Of a stretch of 32,000 nt of DNA, positions 9,136 to 16,662 are shown in pieces. The stretch lies in the NCBI GenBank assembly GCA_963718585.1, contig OY970357.1, positions 120,001 through 152,000 on the forward strand, in the 5' to 3' direction. The position numbers were made by a program, and so were the translations under genes. The notes under the pieces are model-generated. The model did not search any database and had not been told where the DNA came from. It saw only the letters and a program-made list of their open reading frames with translations. Every line of letters starts with the position of its first letter. The first letter of the stretch is position 1. The stretch is from Candidatus Saccharimonadota bacterium (lineage in GTDB: Bacteria; Patescibacteriota; Patescibacteriia; 2-12-FULL-60-25).

Positions 9136-9720
9136 ATGACTGAACAAACCCTTATTTTGATCAAACCGGACGGGGTCCAGCGGGGCCTGGTCGGTGAGAT
9201 CCTGGGCCGGCTCGAACGGGTGGGGCTCAAGCCCGTGGCCATGAAGATGGTCCGCGCGACCAAGGAGCAGGCGGATACGCACTACGCCCTGACCGAGGAT
9301 TGGATGAAGGGTGTGTACGACAAGGCCAAGGCCAAGACCGAGTCGCTCGGAGAGACGTTCGCGTTCTCGGACCACGTGGCCTATGGCACGACGATCAAGA
9401 ATGGGCTTGTGGAATTCCTCGTTTCTGAACCGATCGTCGCCGTGATCTTCGAGGGGGAGCAGGCCGTGTCGCTCACGCGGAAGATGGTGGGCGCGACCGA
9501 GCCTGCGTCATCTGCGCCGGGCACGATACGCGGCGATCTCTGTCTCGACACGTATGCGCTGTCGAACGCGCAGAGCCGCCCGATCCGGAATCTGATCCAC
9601 GCATCCGGCAATGTCGAAGAGGCGAAGAACGAGATCAAGGTTTGGTTTACGCCGGAGGAGATCTATAAGGTCGATGCAGCGCTCGATCCGATCCAGTACG
9701 ACGAGAAGCGTTTCCGTTGA
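9136..9720 (+). CDS. ndk: nucleoside-diphosphate kinase (long form)
   Basis: MTEQTLILIKPDGVQRGLVGEILGRLERVGLKPVAMKM and RNLIHASGNVEEAKNEIKVWF (active-site His context). 194 aa, so it carries an internal insertion relative to ~140-150 aa NDKs. Confidence 0.9.
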   Translation: MTEQTLILIKPDGVQRGLVGEILGRLERVGLKPVAMKMVRATKEQADTHYALTEDWMKGVYDKAKAKTESLGETFAFSDHVAYGTTIKNGLVEFLVSEPIVAVIFEGEQAVSLTRKMVGATEPASSAPGTIRGDLCLDTYALSNAQSRPIRNLIHASGNVEEAKNEIKVWFTPEEIYKVDAALDPIQYDEKRFR

Positions 9721-9742
9721 CCAAGAAGGCAAAATCAGCTAC

Positions 9743-9775
9743 ACAGGACCCACGCGGGTCCTGTTTCGTTCTTTC
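9743..9775 (+). terminator. intrinsic terminator after ndk
   Basis: ACAGGACCC - ACGC - GGGTCCTGT followed by the T-rich tract TTCGTTCTTT. Confidence 0.65.
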
Positions 9776-9791
9776 ACAGTAAGGAGAGGGG

Positions 9792-10235
9792 ATGGTATTC
9801 CATCTGTTCATCATCGGGTTAGGGTTCTCTGTCGTGATCATCTATTTCGCGATCGGTCAACTGTTCACCTTCTACATCCTCGAGATCTGGGATGAGGAAC
9901 TTTTCGGTGTCCGGCGGCTCCTTCCGTCGCCTCATGCCGATGTTCGGACGCAGAAGATCATCGTGATCTTCTTATGGCCGCTCGTGATCGTCGGGAATAT
10001 CGTCACGATCTGCATGACGTGCATGTTCCATGCGTTTTTACAGATGTACAACTACGTCTTTGACCCGCTCATTCCCGAAGAACAGCTCATGGAGCGCGAC
10101 AAGCGTCTTCTCGAAGAATACGATGCGCTCCTTGCACAGCGCGTGCGTGTCAAAGACGAGCTCGACACACTCGACGATCAGATCGCGGCGCGGGAAGGGG
10201 ATAATGTCTTCCGCATCTCGGGTCGTCCCCGTTGA
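9792..10235 (+). CDS. hypothetical small membrane protein with C-terminal coiled-coil
   Basis: 147 aa. SD AAGGAGAGGGG directly upstream. Two hydrophobic helices (FHLFIIGLGFSVVIIYFAIGQLF; IIVIFLWPLVIVGNIVTICM) then a heptad-like acidic tail. Confidence 0.6.
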   Translation: MVFHLFIIGLGFSVVIIYFAIGQLFTFYILEIWDEELFGVRRLLPSPHADVRTQKIIVIFLWPLVIVGNIVTICMTCMFHAFLQMYNYVFDPLIPEEQLMERDKRLLEEYDALLAQRVRVKDELDTLDDQIAAREGDNVFRISGRPR

Positions 10236-10281
10236 ACGTCTCACGTCCGCTCCGGCGGACGTTTTCTTTTCCACAGATGAT

Positions 10282-10311
10282 TTGACATGACTTTTTCTAT
10301 GCCGATATGCT
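10282..10311 (+). promoter_or_regulatory. candidate promoter (TTGACA-18-TATGCT)
   Basis: TTGACA 10282-10287 and TATGCT 10306-10311. The predicted start site coincides with the ATG at 10318. Confidence 0.4.
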
Positions 10312-10317
10312 ATTTGC

Positions 10318-10410
10318 ATGACGCACATGTTCCAGAAGAACGTTTTCACCAAGACGATCGTCCTGGGCTTTGTGCGTGTCCTCATCGATGAGGGGGCCTG
10401 CCGCGAATAG
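10318..10410 (+). CDS. possible leaderless 30-aa micro-ORF (MTHMFQKNVFTKTIVLGFVRVLIDEGACRE)
   Basis: The ATG lies 7 nt after the candidate -10. 25 of 30 codons end in G/C, like bona fide genes here. A strong terminator follows. Confidence 0.35.
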   Translation: MTHMFQKNVFTKTIVLGFVRVLIDEGACRE

Positions 10411-10435
10411 TTCACGCTGAACCATTCGTCACAGG

Positions 10436-10466
10436 CCCCGCCGATCGGTGGGGTTTCTTCTTTCTT
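10436..10466 (+). terminator. intrinsic terminator
   Basis: CCCCGCC-GATC-GGTGGGG (7 bp, one G-U) followed by TTTCTTCTTTCTT. Confidence 0.65.
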
Positions 10467-10510
10467 GGGGAGTCTGTTCCTTTTCCACCAGAGCCACGGA
10501 GATCTGAGAG

Positions 10511-10702
10511 ATGCAAAATGTCGAATCTGATCCGAAGGACGATGACGGCGACCTTACCGTTCGCAAAAAGACGGACGGTCCTGTCTCACAGCCCGATCCC
10601 AAATCGTCACCTCGCTCTAGCCTGCACGCCCGCATGCTCGAAGAGGAAGACCCTCGTATCTTGGAGGCGTCCTTGGACGGCTATCCGTCCAGACCGAGCT
10701 AG
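10511..10702 (+). CDS. possible small acidic/disordered protein (63 aa)
   Basis: GGAG sits 9 nt upstream of the ATG and a terminator lies downstream. Composition is low-complexity, and a competing overlapping ORF (10518..10718) exists. Confidence 0.3.
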   Translation: MQNVESDPKDDDGDLTVRKKTDGPVSQPDPKSSPRSSLHARMLEEEDPRILEASLDGYPSRPS

Positions 10703-10727
10703 CCCTCCGAGGCTCTGAAAAGCTCAC

Positions 10728-10760
10728 GGCCCCGACTCTTTCAGGAGCGGGGCCTTTTTT
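10728..10760 (+). terminator. intrinsic terminator
   Basis: GGCCCCG...CGGGGCC stem followed by T6 (10755-10760). Confidence 0.65.
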
Positions 10761-10763
10761 CTA

Positions 10764-10791
10764 TTGACGCCGTCTTTCCTCGCGGTATGCT
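10764..10791 (+). promoter_or_regulatory. candidate promoter (TTGACG-16-TATGCT)
   Basis: TTGACG 10764-10769 and TATGCT 10786-10791, immediately after the preceding terminator. Same -10 hexamer as at 10306. Confidence 0.4.
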
Positions 10792-10796
10792 TTATA

Positions 10797-11005
10797 CATC
10801 CGGAGATCCTGGTCGGAGCGAGATTTCGGGCTAAATCGTGTTCTTGAGACTACGCGCCCGGTACCCGCCGTGGCGGGGCGGCAACGGTCTCGCAGCGTTC
10901 AGTCTTGGTTTGCACCGGTAGCGGAATCTTCTGCCGCCGTCCGCATCCCATGACGTTGTGCTCACATGCGAGCAGAACCGAATATCTCCCCGACTCCTCC
11001 GGATG
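10797..11005 (+). ncRNA. candidate structured non-coding RNA (~210 nt, class unknown)
   Basis: Lies between a promoter and a terminator with no credible ORF. The predicted 5' end CATCCGGAG (10797-10805) is perfectly complementary to CTCCGGATG (10997-11005). The helix continues inward (GTCGG/CCGAC, GAGAT/ATCTC, TTCGG/CCGAA). An apical GC helix pairs 10873-10882 with 10933-10944. Confidence 0.35.
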
Positions 11006-11007
11006 CG

Positions 11008-11040
11008 AAAACGCCCCCGTTCGACGGGGACGTTTTTTAT
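11008..11040. terminator. bidirectional intrinsic terminator
   Basis: AAAA-CGCCCCCG-TTCGA-CGGGGACG-TTTTTT. Serves the plus-strand unit and the convergent HD gene (stop at 11037). Confidence 0.7.
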
Positions 11041-11627
11041 TTTCCGGCGTCGGGGATCTTGAGCCACTTGTTCGCCTTGCCGTGCCACGAGGCCGGGTCT
11101 GACGTCTGGATCTCATCCCACACGGCCCGCGCCGCGTCGGTATACAATTTTTCATCTCGGATCTTCCGTCGGAACACCCTCCACTTCCCGGGGATCTGGT
11201 GCCCCTTCTCTTCCAACTCTTTCAGTTCGATATCGATGTCGAGATTGTCCGCGTCTTTGACCAGCTTCGCCTCGATCGTATCGCGCTTTTCGAATGCGGC
11301 AACGACCTGTTCGTAATCTTGGAGGGACGTTCCTTCGAAGAGATCGTGGACCGCGCGTTCCTCGTCTGCCGTCACGTACACTTTTTGCACGTAGGAGAGA
11401 TCGCTGATGCGTGTCTCGCAGATATCGTGCGAGAGAGCCATCTTGAGGATCGTCGCTTCATCTCCCTTGCCTTCGCGGCGGGCGAGGATGAGTGCGAGCC
11501 AGGCGACGCGGACCGTGTGTTCCAAGTCATTCGCGACCTTGGTCGCCAGATGTTGTCGCCACCCGCGGTCCATGTTGCGGAGCGATCCGATCTCGTACAG
11601 AAATTCGATATCACGGGGATTTTCCAT
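11037..11627 (-). CDS. HD-domain phosphohydrolase (YfbR-like 5'-nucleotidase family)
   Basis: ORF 11037..11864(-) trimmed to ATG 11627. The upstream part is the antisense of tRNA-Pro (the GLEPT artefact). Motifs LEHTVRVAWLALILA and MALSHDICETRISD give the H..HD..D pattern. Confidence 0.8.
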   Translation of the reverse strand: MENPRDIEFLYEIGSLRNMDRGWRQHLATKVANDLEHTVRVAWLALILARREGKGDEATILKMALSHDICETRISDLSYVQKVYVTADEERAVHDLFEGTSLQDYEQVVAAFEKRDTIEAKLVKDADNLDIDIELKELEEKGHQIPGKWRVFRRKIRDEKLYTDAARAVWDEIQTSDPASWHGKANKWLKIPDAGK

Positions 11628-11724
11628 ATGCGGAGAGGGTAGTGGACGGGGAGGGAAATGGGAATGGACCCAGCCGAGGCCATCCTTGAATATGGCGGAG
11701 TTTTCCGCTACATTATGCGGGCTA

Positions 11725-11800
11725 CGGGCTATGGCGAAGTTGGTATCGCGCCTGCATGGGGTGCAGGAGGCCGTGGGTTCGAGTCCCACTAGCCCGACCA
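11725..11800 (+). tRNA. tRNA-Pro (anticodon GGG)
   Basis: Acceptor CGGGCTA/TAGCCCG, D stem GCGA/TCGC, anticodon stem CCTGC/GCAGG with loop ATGGGGT (anticodon 11758-11760, G37), T arm GTGGG-TTCGAGT-CCCAC, A73, encoded CCA. Confidence 0.9.
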
Positions 11801-11805
11801 AAACG

Positions 11806-11835
11806 AAGATCCGCCGAAAGGCGGATCTTGTGTTT
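11806..11835 (+). terminator. hairpin/terminator after tRNA-Pro
   Basis: AAGATCCGCC-GAAA-GGCGGATCTT followed by GTGTTT. Confidence 0.6.
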
Positions 11836-11947
11836 CCACACCCGTTCTCTTGACGGATGTGCATATTTCCCTTGTTTCTCGTAGACGGTTGGCCTATGAT
11901 GTCCCCATCCTAAATCATTCCTCATTCATATCTACCGCCACAAATCT

Positions 11948-12229
11948 ATGGCCAAAATGACAAAGACCCAGCTTATGCGCGAGCTCGCCGAAAAGACCGG
12001 CCTCGCTAAGAAAGATGTTGAGATGGTCCTCGAGACCATGGTCAGCATGGCCTACAAGACGGTGAAGAGTACCGGTGAATTCGTGGTTCCGGGCGTCGGC
12101 AAGCTCGTCAAAGTGAATCGCAAGGCGCGCCAGGGCCGCAACCCGGCAACGGGTGAGACGATCCAGATCCCGGCGAAGACGGTCGTGAAGTTCCGCGTGG
12201 CCAAGGCCGCAAAGGACGCCGTCCTCTAA
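11948..12229 (+). CDS. hup: DNA-binding protein HU
   Basis: 93 aa. MTKTQLMRELAEKTGLAKKDVEMVLE...KARQGRNPATGETIQIPAKTVVKFRVAKAAKDAV is a textbook HU/IHF-fold sequence. Confidence 0.9.
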   Translation: MAKMTKTQLMRELAEKTGLAKKDVEMVLETMVSMAYKTVKSTGEFVVPGVGKLVKVNRKARQGRNPATGETIQIPAKTVVKFRVAKAAKDAVL

Positions 12230-12234
12230 AAACG

Positions 12235-12360
12235 AAAAAGCCCGATCGTCGCGAACTGCTCGTGCTTCGTTGCGTCACGCGTTCACCGTAGTACCAACTA
12301 CGCCTCACGCGTCCCTCGCTCCAGCACGTCGCATTTCGTCGGCCCTCGGGCTTTTTTATT
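12235..12360 (+). terminator. unusually long nested hairpin ending in a T-run (hup 3' region)
   Basis: Outer AAAAAGCCCGA (12235-12245) pairs with TCGGGCTTTTT (12346-12356). Inner symmetric pairs are GTGCT/AGCAC, GCG/CGC and ACGCG/CGCGT. The apical hairpin is CGTAGT-ACCA-ACTACG (12287-12302). Confidence 0.4.
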
Positions 12361-12438
12361 TTCAGAAATCGCACCTCATTCCATGTACAGCTTTCTGTTT
12401 CTTTCCCATTTGAGGTTCCTCGGCTACCATCTCTGCAT

Positions 12439-12954
12439 ATGGCAGAGGTGATGGGGGTATATGCCCCGAAGCGGAAACCGACCGATGATGAACCGGTCTG
12501 TTTGCGCGAGGTCCGAGCAGAACTCGTCTCCCTTGGCGGAGCGATCGTGTTGATGATCTGCCTCGTCATCACGGCGGCGCTCTTCATCGTCCTCCAGCTT
12601 CCGCAGGTCACGGCTCCGCAACGCGTGATCATCGCTGGATTGGTCGCTGCGTCTTGGTTGTATCTGCTCGATAGCGTGACCGAGCGCTTGCGTCTCGTGG
12701 ATCACTGCGTGGAATATCATTCCCTTTTCGGTCGCCGCCGATGCATCCCGCTCAAAGAACTGCGTGCGATGTTGTTGATCCATGAAGGATTCAATCTGGA
12801 ACGCGGCATGGAGTCGCTGGAGTTCCGTCGGGATGGGAAAAAGGCGGATCGTGTCGCGCTCGGACCGTGCTGGCAGCGTCACAAGTTGGAGTCGTTCCTG
12901 CATTCCGTCGAGGAAGCGCTGGATGACCCGCATCTGTTGGAAGAGGTTCGGTGA
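12439..12954 (+). CDS. hypothetical membrane protein (two TM helices plus soluble C-terminal domain)
   Basis: 171 aa. TM segments GGAIVLMICLVITAALFIVLQL and VIIAGLVAASWLYLL. G/C-ending codon bias matches neighbouring genes. Preferred over the antisense ORF 12424..12933. Confidence 0.55.
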   Translation: MAEVMGVYAPKRKPTDDEPVCLREVRAELVSLGGAIVLMICLVITAALFIVLQLPQVTAPQRVIIAGLVAASWLYLLDSVTERLRLVDHCVEYHSLFGRRRCIPLKELRAMLLIHEGFNLERGMESLEFRRDGKKADRVALGPCWQRHKLESFLHSVEEALDDPHLLEEVR

Positions 12955-13002
12955 TCACGGCATCCCGTTCCGTCTGCGGACGTGATAGGATATTCGCACG
13001 AT

Positions 13003-13806
13003 ATGCCGAAACGACCTGCGAAAAAGACGACCAAGCGATCGACGAAGAAGCCGACGCGACTTCGTCATGAGGTCACGTCCGAGATGACGCCAACGGGCGC
13101 AAAGCGTTTCGTGCATTGGCTGTGCGCGCCGGGGAATGTCTGTCTTCCGGAAGAAGAGGAACCGCTCTTCACGCAAAGTCCGCAGTGGAAGGTCTTCCGT
13201 ATCATGGCGGAATTCATCGAAGGGTATGAGTTTTTGTCGCGTCTCAAAGGGGAAATCTCGGTCTTTGGCAGTGCGCGTGCCATGCCTACGCACAAATACT
13301 ATAAGCAGGCGCGCGAACTCGGACGGAAGCTCGGGGAAAAGGGATACACGATCATTACCGGCGGAGGGCCGGGGATCATGGAAGCCGCGAATCGCGGTGC
13401 CTCTGATGCAAATGCCGAGTCTGTGGGACTGAATATCCAATTGCCGATCGAACAACGGACCAACAAATGGGTGAAGCGGGGGATGGGGTTCCATTACTTT
13501 TTCACGCGAAAGGTCATGCTGTCTGCATCCGCACAGGCGTATGTGTTCTTTCCCGGCGGATTCGGGACCATGGATGAGATGACGGAGATGGTGACGCTGG
13601 TCCAGACCGGAAAGATCCCACCGAACGTGCCGGTCATCCTGTTCGGTCGCGATTATTGGCAGCCGTTCCTCGACTTTGTGAACAAGGTGATGTGCGAAGA
13701 ACATCGCTACGTCGAAAAGGAGGAGGTCGCGATCATCCAACCCGTCGACAGCGTGGATGAAGCGGTGGCGATCATCCAAAAGACCAACGAACGTCCGTTC
13801 GGCTAA
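13003..13806 (+). CDS. LOG family / TIGR00730 Rossmann-fold nucleotide-binding protein
   Basis: ISVFGSARAMPTHKYYKQARELGRKLGEKGYTIITGGGPGIMEAANRGA and FFPGGFGTMDEMTEMVTLVQTGK are the family signatures. ATG 13003 is preferred over GTG 12982 (alternative start). Confidence 0.9.
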   Translation: MPKRPAKKTTKRSTKKPTRLRHEVTSEMTPTGAKRFVHWLCAPGNVCLPEEEEPLFTQSPQWKVFRIMAEFIEGYEFLSRLKGEISVFGSARAMPTHKYYKQARELGRKLGEKGYTIITGGGPGIMEAANRGASDANAESVGLNIQLPIEQRTNKWVKRGMGFHYFFTRKVMLSASAQAYVFFPGGFGTMDEMTEMVTLVQTGKIPPNVPVILFGRDYWQPFLDFVNKVMCEEHRYVEKEEVAIIQPVDSVDEAVAIIQKTNERPFG

Positions 13807-13908
13807 GCCGGAAAGGAGATATCGCCACAGGCCTGCGTTGGTCGCTTGGAACGTCATCCCTCGCGATCGTCTTGGCCTTCATTCACGTTCATCATTTGTC
13901 ACGATCAT

Positions 13909-15061
13909 ATGAAACCCTCAATGGACATCGGGAAAAAAGCCCTCGCCCTGCACGCAAAACTGCGCGGGAAGATCGAGATCAGTACGAAGACGCCCATCAA
14001 AGATCGCAACGATCTCTCGCTCGTCTATACGCCGGGCGTCGGGACGGTCTCGTCCGCGATCGCCAAGCGGCCAAAGCTCGCAGATTCGATGACGTGGCGC
14101 CGGAACACGGTCGCGATCGTCTCGGACGGATCCGCCGTCCTCGGTCTCGGGAACATCGGGCCGCTCGCCGCCTTGCCGGTCATGGAGGGAAAGAGCGCGA
14201 TCTTCAAACAGTTCACCGGGATCGATGCCATCCCCATCGTCCTCGCGACGCAGGACACGGACGAGATCATCAAGACGGTCCAGGCGCTCGAACCGTCCTT
14301 CGGTGCGATCCAACTCGAGGACATCTCGTCCCCGCGTTGCTTTGAGATCGAACGGCGTTTGGAGGAATCGCTCGGGATCCCGGTCATGCATGATGATCAG
14401 CACGGCACGGCCATCGTCGTTTTGGCGGGTCTGTTGAATGCGCTCAAGGTCACGAAGCGTCGTGAATTGAAAAAGGTGCGCGTCGTGATGAATGGCGCAG
14501 GCGCGGCCGGCATCGCGATCGCGAAACTGCTGCACATCGCGGGCGTGAAGGACATCGTCGCGTGCGATCGGAAAGGGGCGATCTGGGCCGGCCGTAAAGA
14601 TCTGACGAGCGTCAAAGCCGAGCTGGCGGCATTCTCCAATCCGCGGCGTGTTCAGGGAACGCTCGCCGAGGTCATCCGCGGTGCCGACGTCTTCATCGGC
14701 GTGTCCGCACCAGGTTCGTTGACGCCGGATATGGTGCGGTCCATGGCATTGCATCCGATCGTCTTCGCACTCGCGAATCCCGTGCCTGAGATCTTCCCGG
14801 ATGAAGCGAAAAAAGCGGGTGCGGCCGTGATCGCGACCGGTCGAAGTGATTTTCAGAACCAAGTGAACAATGCGCTTGGTCTATCCCGGACTGTTTCGCG
14901 GTCTGCTCGACAAGCGGGTCACGCATGTGACCGACGCGTTGAAACTTCGGACTGCAAAAGCTCTCGCCGCCTTCGTCAAAAGGCCTTCAGCCACGCGGAT
15001 CATCCCGTCCATATTCGATCGAGGGCTGCATCAGGCCATGGCAAAGAGCGTTCGAAGGTAA
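13909..15061 (+). pseudogene. NAD(P)-dependent malic enzyme, frame-disrupted as assembled (one extra base near 14878-14879)
   Basis: Frame 1 reads LVYTPGVG..VSDGSAVLGLGNIG..PVMEGKSAIFKQF..MHDDQHGTAIV..NGAGAAGIA..GRSDFQNQVNNAL. The conserved continuation VYPGLFRGLLDKRVTHVTD...IIPSIFD runs in the +1 frame (ORF 14870..15061). The frame-1 tail to 15135 is Arg/Ser-rich junk. Confidence 0.85.
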
Positions 15062-15096
15062 AAACGGCTTACTCCGGCCAAAAAACCCTAAAAACC

Positions 15097-15136
15097 TTGA
15101 CTTTTAGCGATTTTTTTGCTATCCTATCTGTATAAT
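15097..15136 (+). promoter_or_regulatory. AT-rich promoter region (TTGACT-17-TATCCT; also TATAAT at 15131)
   Basis: TTGACT 15097-15102, TATCCT 15120-15125, TATAAT 15131-15136. This is the most AT-rich stretch of the window, directly upstream of ATG 15157. Confidence 0.4.
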
Positions 15137-15156
15137 CATTCATTTTTTCGCTATAT

Positions 15157-16014
15157 ATGGGTCTTTTCGACCGTCTCATGGGGCGTAAAGCCGAAGCGCC
15201 GAAGTCAGAGCAAAAACTGCCGCCAGCCATGCCAGAGCAGAAGTCCGCGTTGATGCAAGATGCGCACGGCGCATACACCCTGAACCCGGACGCGCAATAC
15301 GTGACAACCAAGGAGGCCATGACCTATGTCATGAAGCGGTTCGATCAGCTCAAGCAGGAGCTGGAGGACATCCAAAAGAGCGGTCTTCCGGAGAGTGAAA
15401 AAGCACAGAAGATCAAGGCGAACGCTGCAGAGGGCGATCGTTTGAAGGCGTTCCGCGAACGCGTCGAAGCACGGACGCAGGAGCCGCAGGCCAAGGATCA
15501 GCTCTATAAAGAACAGCAGCCGCTCGTCGAGAATCCGAATTACGGTCAGAAAGTCGAAACCCAGACCGCAGAACAAAAGGAGACGACCGAATTGCACGCG
15601 GAAGCGTCACAGCGCGCGGAGCAGTTGGAAGAAGAACTGACGGATCTCATGCATCGCCGCGATCAGCTCGTGAAGACGCGCGATGAGCTCATGAAGAGCC
15701 TCAAGGAATCTCCGGATCTCGTGAAACAGTGGGAGATCAGCGGTCTCAAGGCGCATGCCAAGGTCACGGAACAGCCCGTCTACTATCCGAATTACTTCCC
15801 GGCAGATGTTGAGAAGGCGGATATGTCCAATGAGATGAAAGAACGTGCGGAAAAGCTCGAGCAGGAGGAGCGTGAAAATCGGAAGAAGCTCGGGCAGCCG
15901 CTCTTCGACGCCTTGGGTGAGCTTGAAGATGTGGAGGCGAAGATCTCTGCACACAAGCGTGATCTCAAGATGATCGAGATGAAGCACGGCGGCGACATGA
16001 AGGAGGCCGCATAA
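15157..16014 (+). CDS. hypothetical coiled-coil protein (Glu/Lys/Gln-rich)
   Basis: 285-aa ORF with heptad-like charged sequence (QRAEQLEEELTDLMHRRDQLVKTRDELMKSLKE). Promoter upstream and terminator downstream. Confidence 0.7.
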   Translation: MGLFDRLMGRKAEAPKSEQKLPPAMPEQKSALMQDAHGAYTLNPDAQYVTTKEAMTYVMKRFDQLKQELEDIQKSGLPESEKAQKIKANAAEGDRLKAFRERVEARTQEPQAKDQLYKEQQPLVENPNYGQKVETQTAEQKETTELHAEASQRAEQLEEELTDLMHRRDQLVKTRDELMKSLKESPDLVKQWEISGLKAHAKVTEQPVYYPNYFPADVEKADMSNEMKERAEKLEQEERENRKKLGQPLFDALGELEDVEAKISAHKRDLKMIEMKHGGDMKEAA

Positions 16015-16030
16015 GATCACCGACAAGATA

Positions 16031-16072
16031 AAAAAGACCCCGCCGGTCCGAGTGGACGGCGGGGTTTTGGTT
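16031..16072. terminator. bidirectional intrinsic terminator between convergent genes
   Basis: A-run, CCCCGCCG (16038-16045), 11-nt loop, CGGCGGGG (16057-16064), TTTT. Confidence 0.7.
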
Positions 16073-16528
16073 TCAGGCGTTGAGACGGTTTCGGAGGAGG
16101 TCCTTCGCGTGACCGATCAGGACCTCGGCGCGGACGCGCGCAGTGATGTTCACGTTCGTCGTCCGTTTGAGGAGCCCCTCGAGCTCCGCGATGATCGTGA
16201 ACACGCCGATGAAGGAGATGTTCGGATCGTTGATCGGTTCCAGGATCGGCTCCACGACGGCGCGCGTGAGTGCGGTCGCGAGCGGTCCGGCGATCTCCTG
16301 ATAGGCCAGGTTCTTGGCTGCGCGCCAGATCTCGCTCTTGTGCAGTAGCTTGAGCTGGTCGCTTTCAACACAGAAGACATGGACGAGCGTATCGCCGTCA
16401 TGCGCTTCGAATTCCCGTGTCACGAGCGTGTGACAGTGGGTACATTCGCCCAGGATCTCTCCTGGATCCAAGGTCGCCGCAGGGGCGATCTTTTGCCCTG
16501 GGCGCACAAACGGGATCACCTGGCTCAT
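16073..16528 (-). CDS. hypothetical protein (151 aa)
   Basis: ORF 16073..16573(-) trimmed to ATG 16528, which has a strong SD (AGGAGGAAGACG-ATG). No recognised motif. Confidence 0.65.
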   Translation of the reverse strand: MSQVIPFVRPGQKIAPAATLDPGEILGECTHCHTLVTREFEAHDGDTLVHVFCVESDQLKLLHKSEIWRAAKNLAYQEIAGPLATALTRAVVEPILEPINDPNISFIGVFTIIAELEGLLKRTTNVNITARVRAEVLIGHAKDLLRNRLNA

Positions 16529-16619
16529 CGTCTTCCTCCTATGTGTGTTTGCCTGAATGGAAAGAGCGATCACTTAAAACTGACAGAAAATCAGGGATTT
16601 GTCAAGGGGGGAGCGGTAT

Positions 16620-16650
16620 CAAAAACCCCGTGTCGTACACGGGGTTTTTC
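16620..16650. terminator. bidirectional intrinsic terminator (downstream of rpmB)
   Basis: AAAAA-CCCCGTG-TCGTA-CACGGGG-TTTTT. Confidence 0.7.
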
Positions 16651-16662
16651 GCCGGGAAAGGC

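Noticed and set aside
10797-11005. Assigning the candidate RNA to RNase P RNA, SRP RNA, tmRNA or a tRNA on the minus strand
   Set aside because: I looked for GAGGAAAGTCC (RNase P CR-I), GGAAGCAGC with a GNRA-capped helix 8 (SRP), and a tRNA-like TTCGA..TCCACCA end or tag ORF (tmRNA). I also tried a cloverleaf around the CTCAAGA loop on the minus strand. None fits, and the length is too short for RNase P. The class is left open.
11718-11731. Tandem duplication CGGGCTA-CGGGCTA at the 5' end of tRNA-Pro, which might imply an alternative tRNA 5' end
   Set aside because: Only the second copy (11725-11731) is correctly spaced to form the 7-bp acceptor stem with TAGCCCG. The first copy is just a 7-nt duplication in the 5' leader and too short to interpret.
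11628-11864. N-terminal 79 codons of ORF 11037..11864(-)
   Set aside because: This part is the reverse complement of tRNA-Pro and its terminator (the telltale VGLEPT translation). The HD hydrolase starts at ATG 11627.
12424-12933. 169-aa minus-strand ORF competing with 12439..12954(+)
   Set aside because: The plus-strand frame has two clear TM helices and the genome-typical G/C-ending codons. The minus-strand product is charged, low-complexity and lacks a start context.
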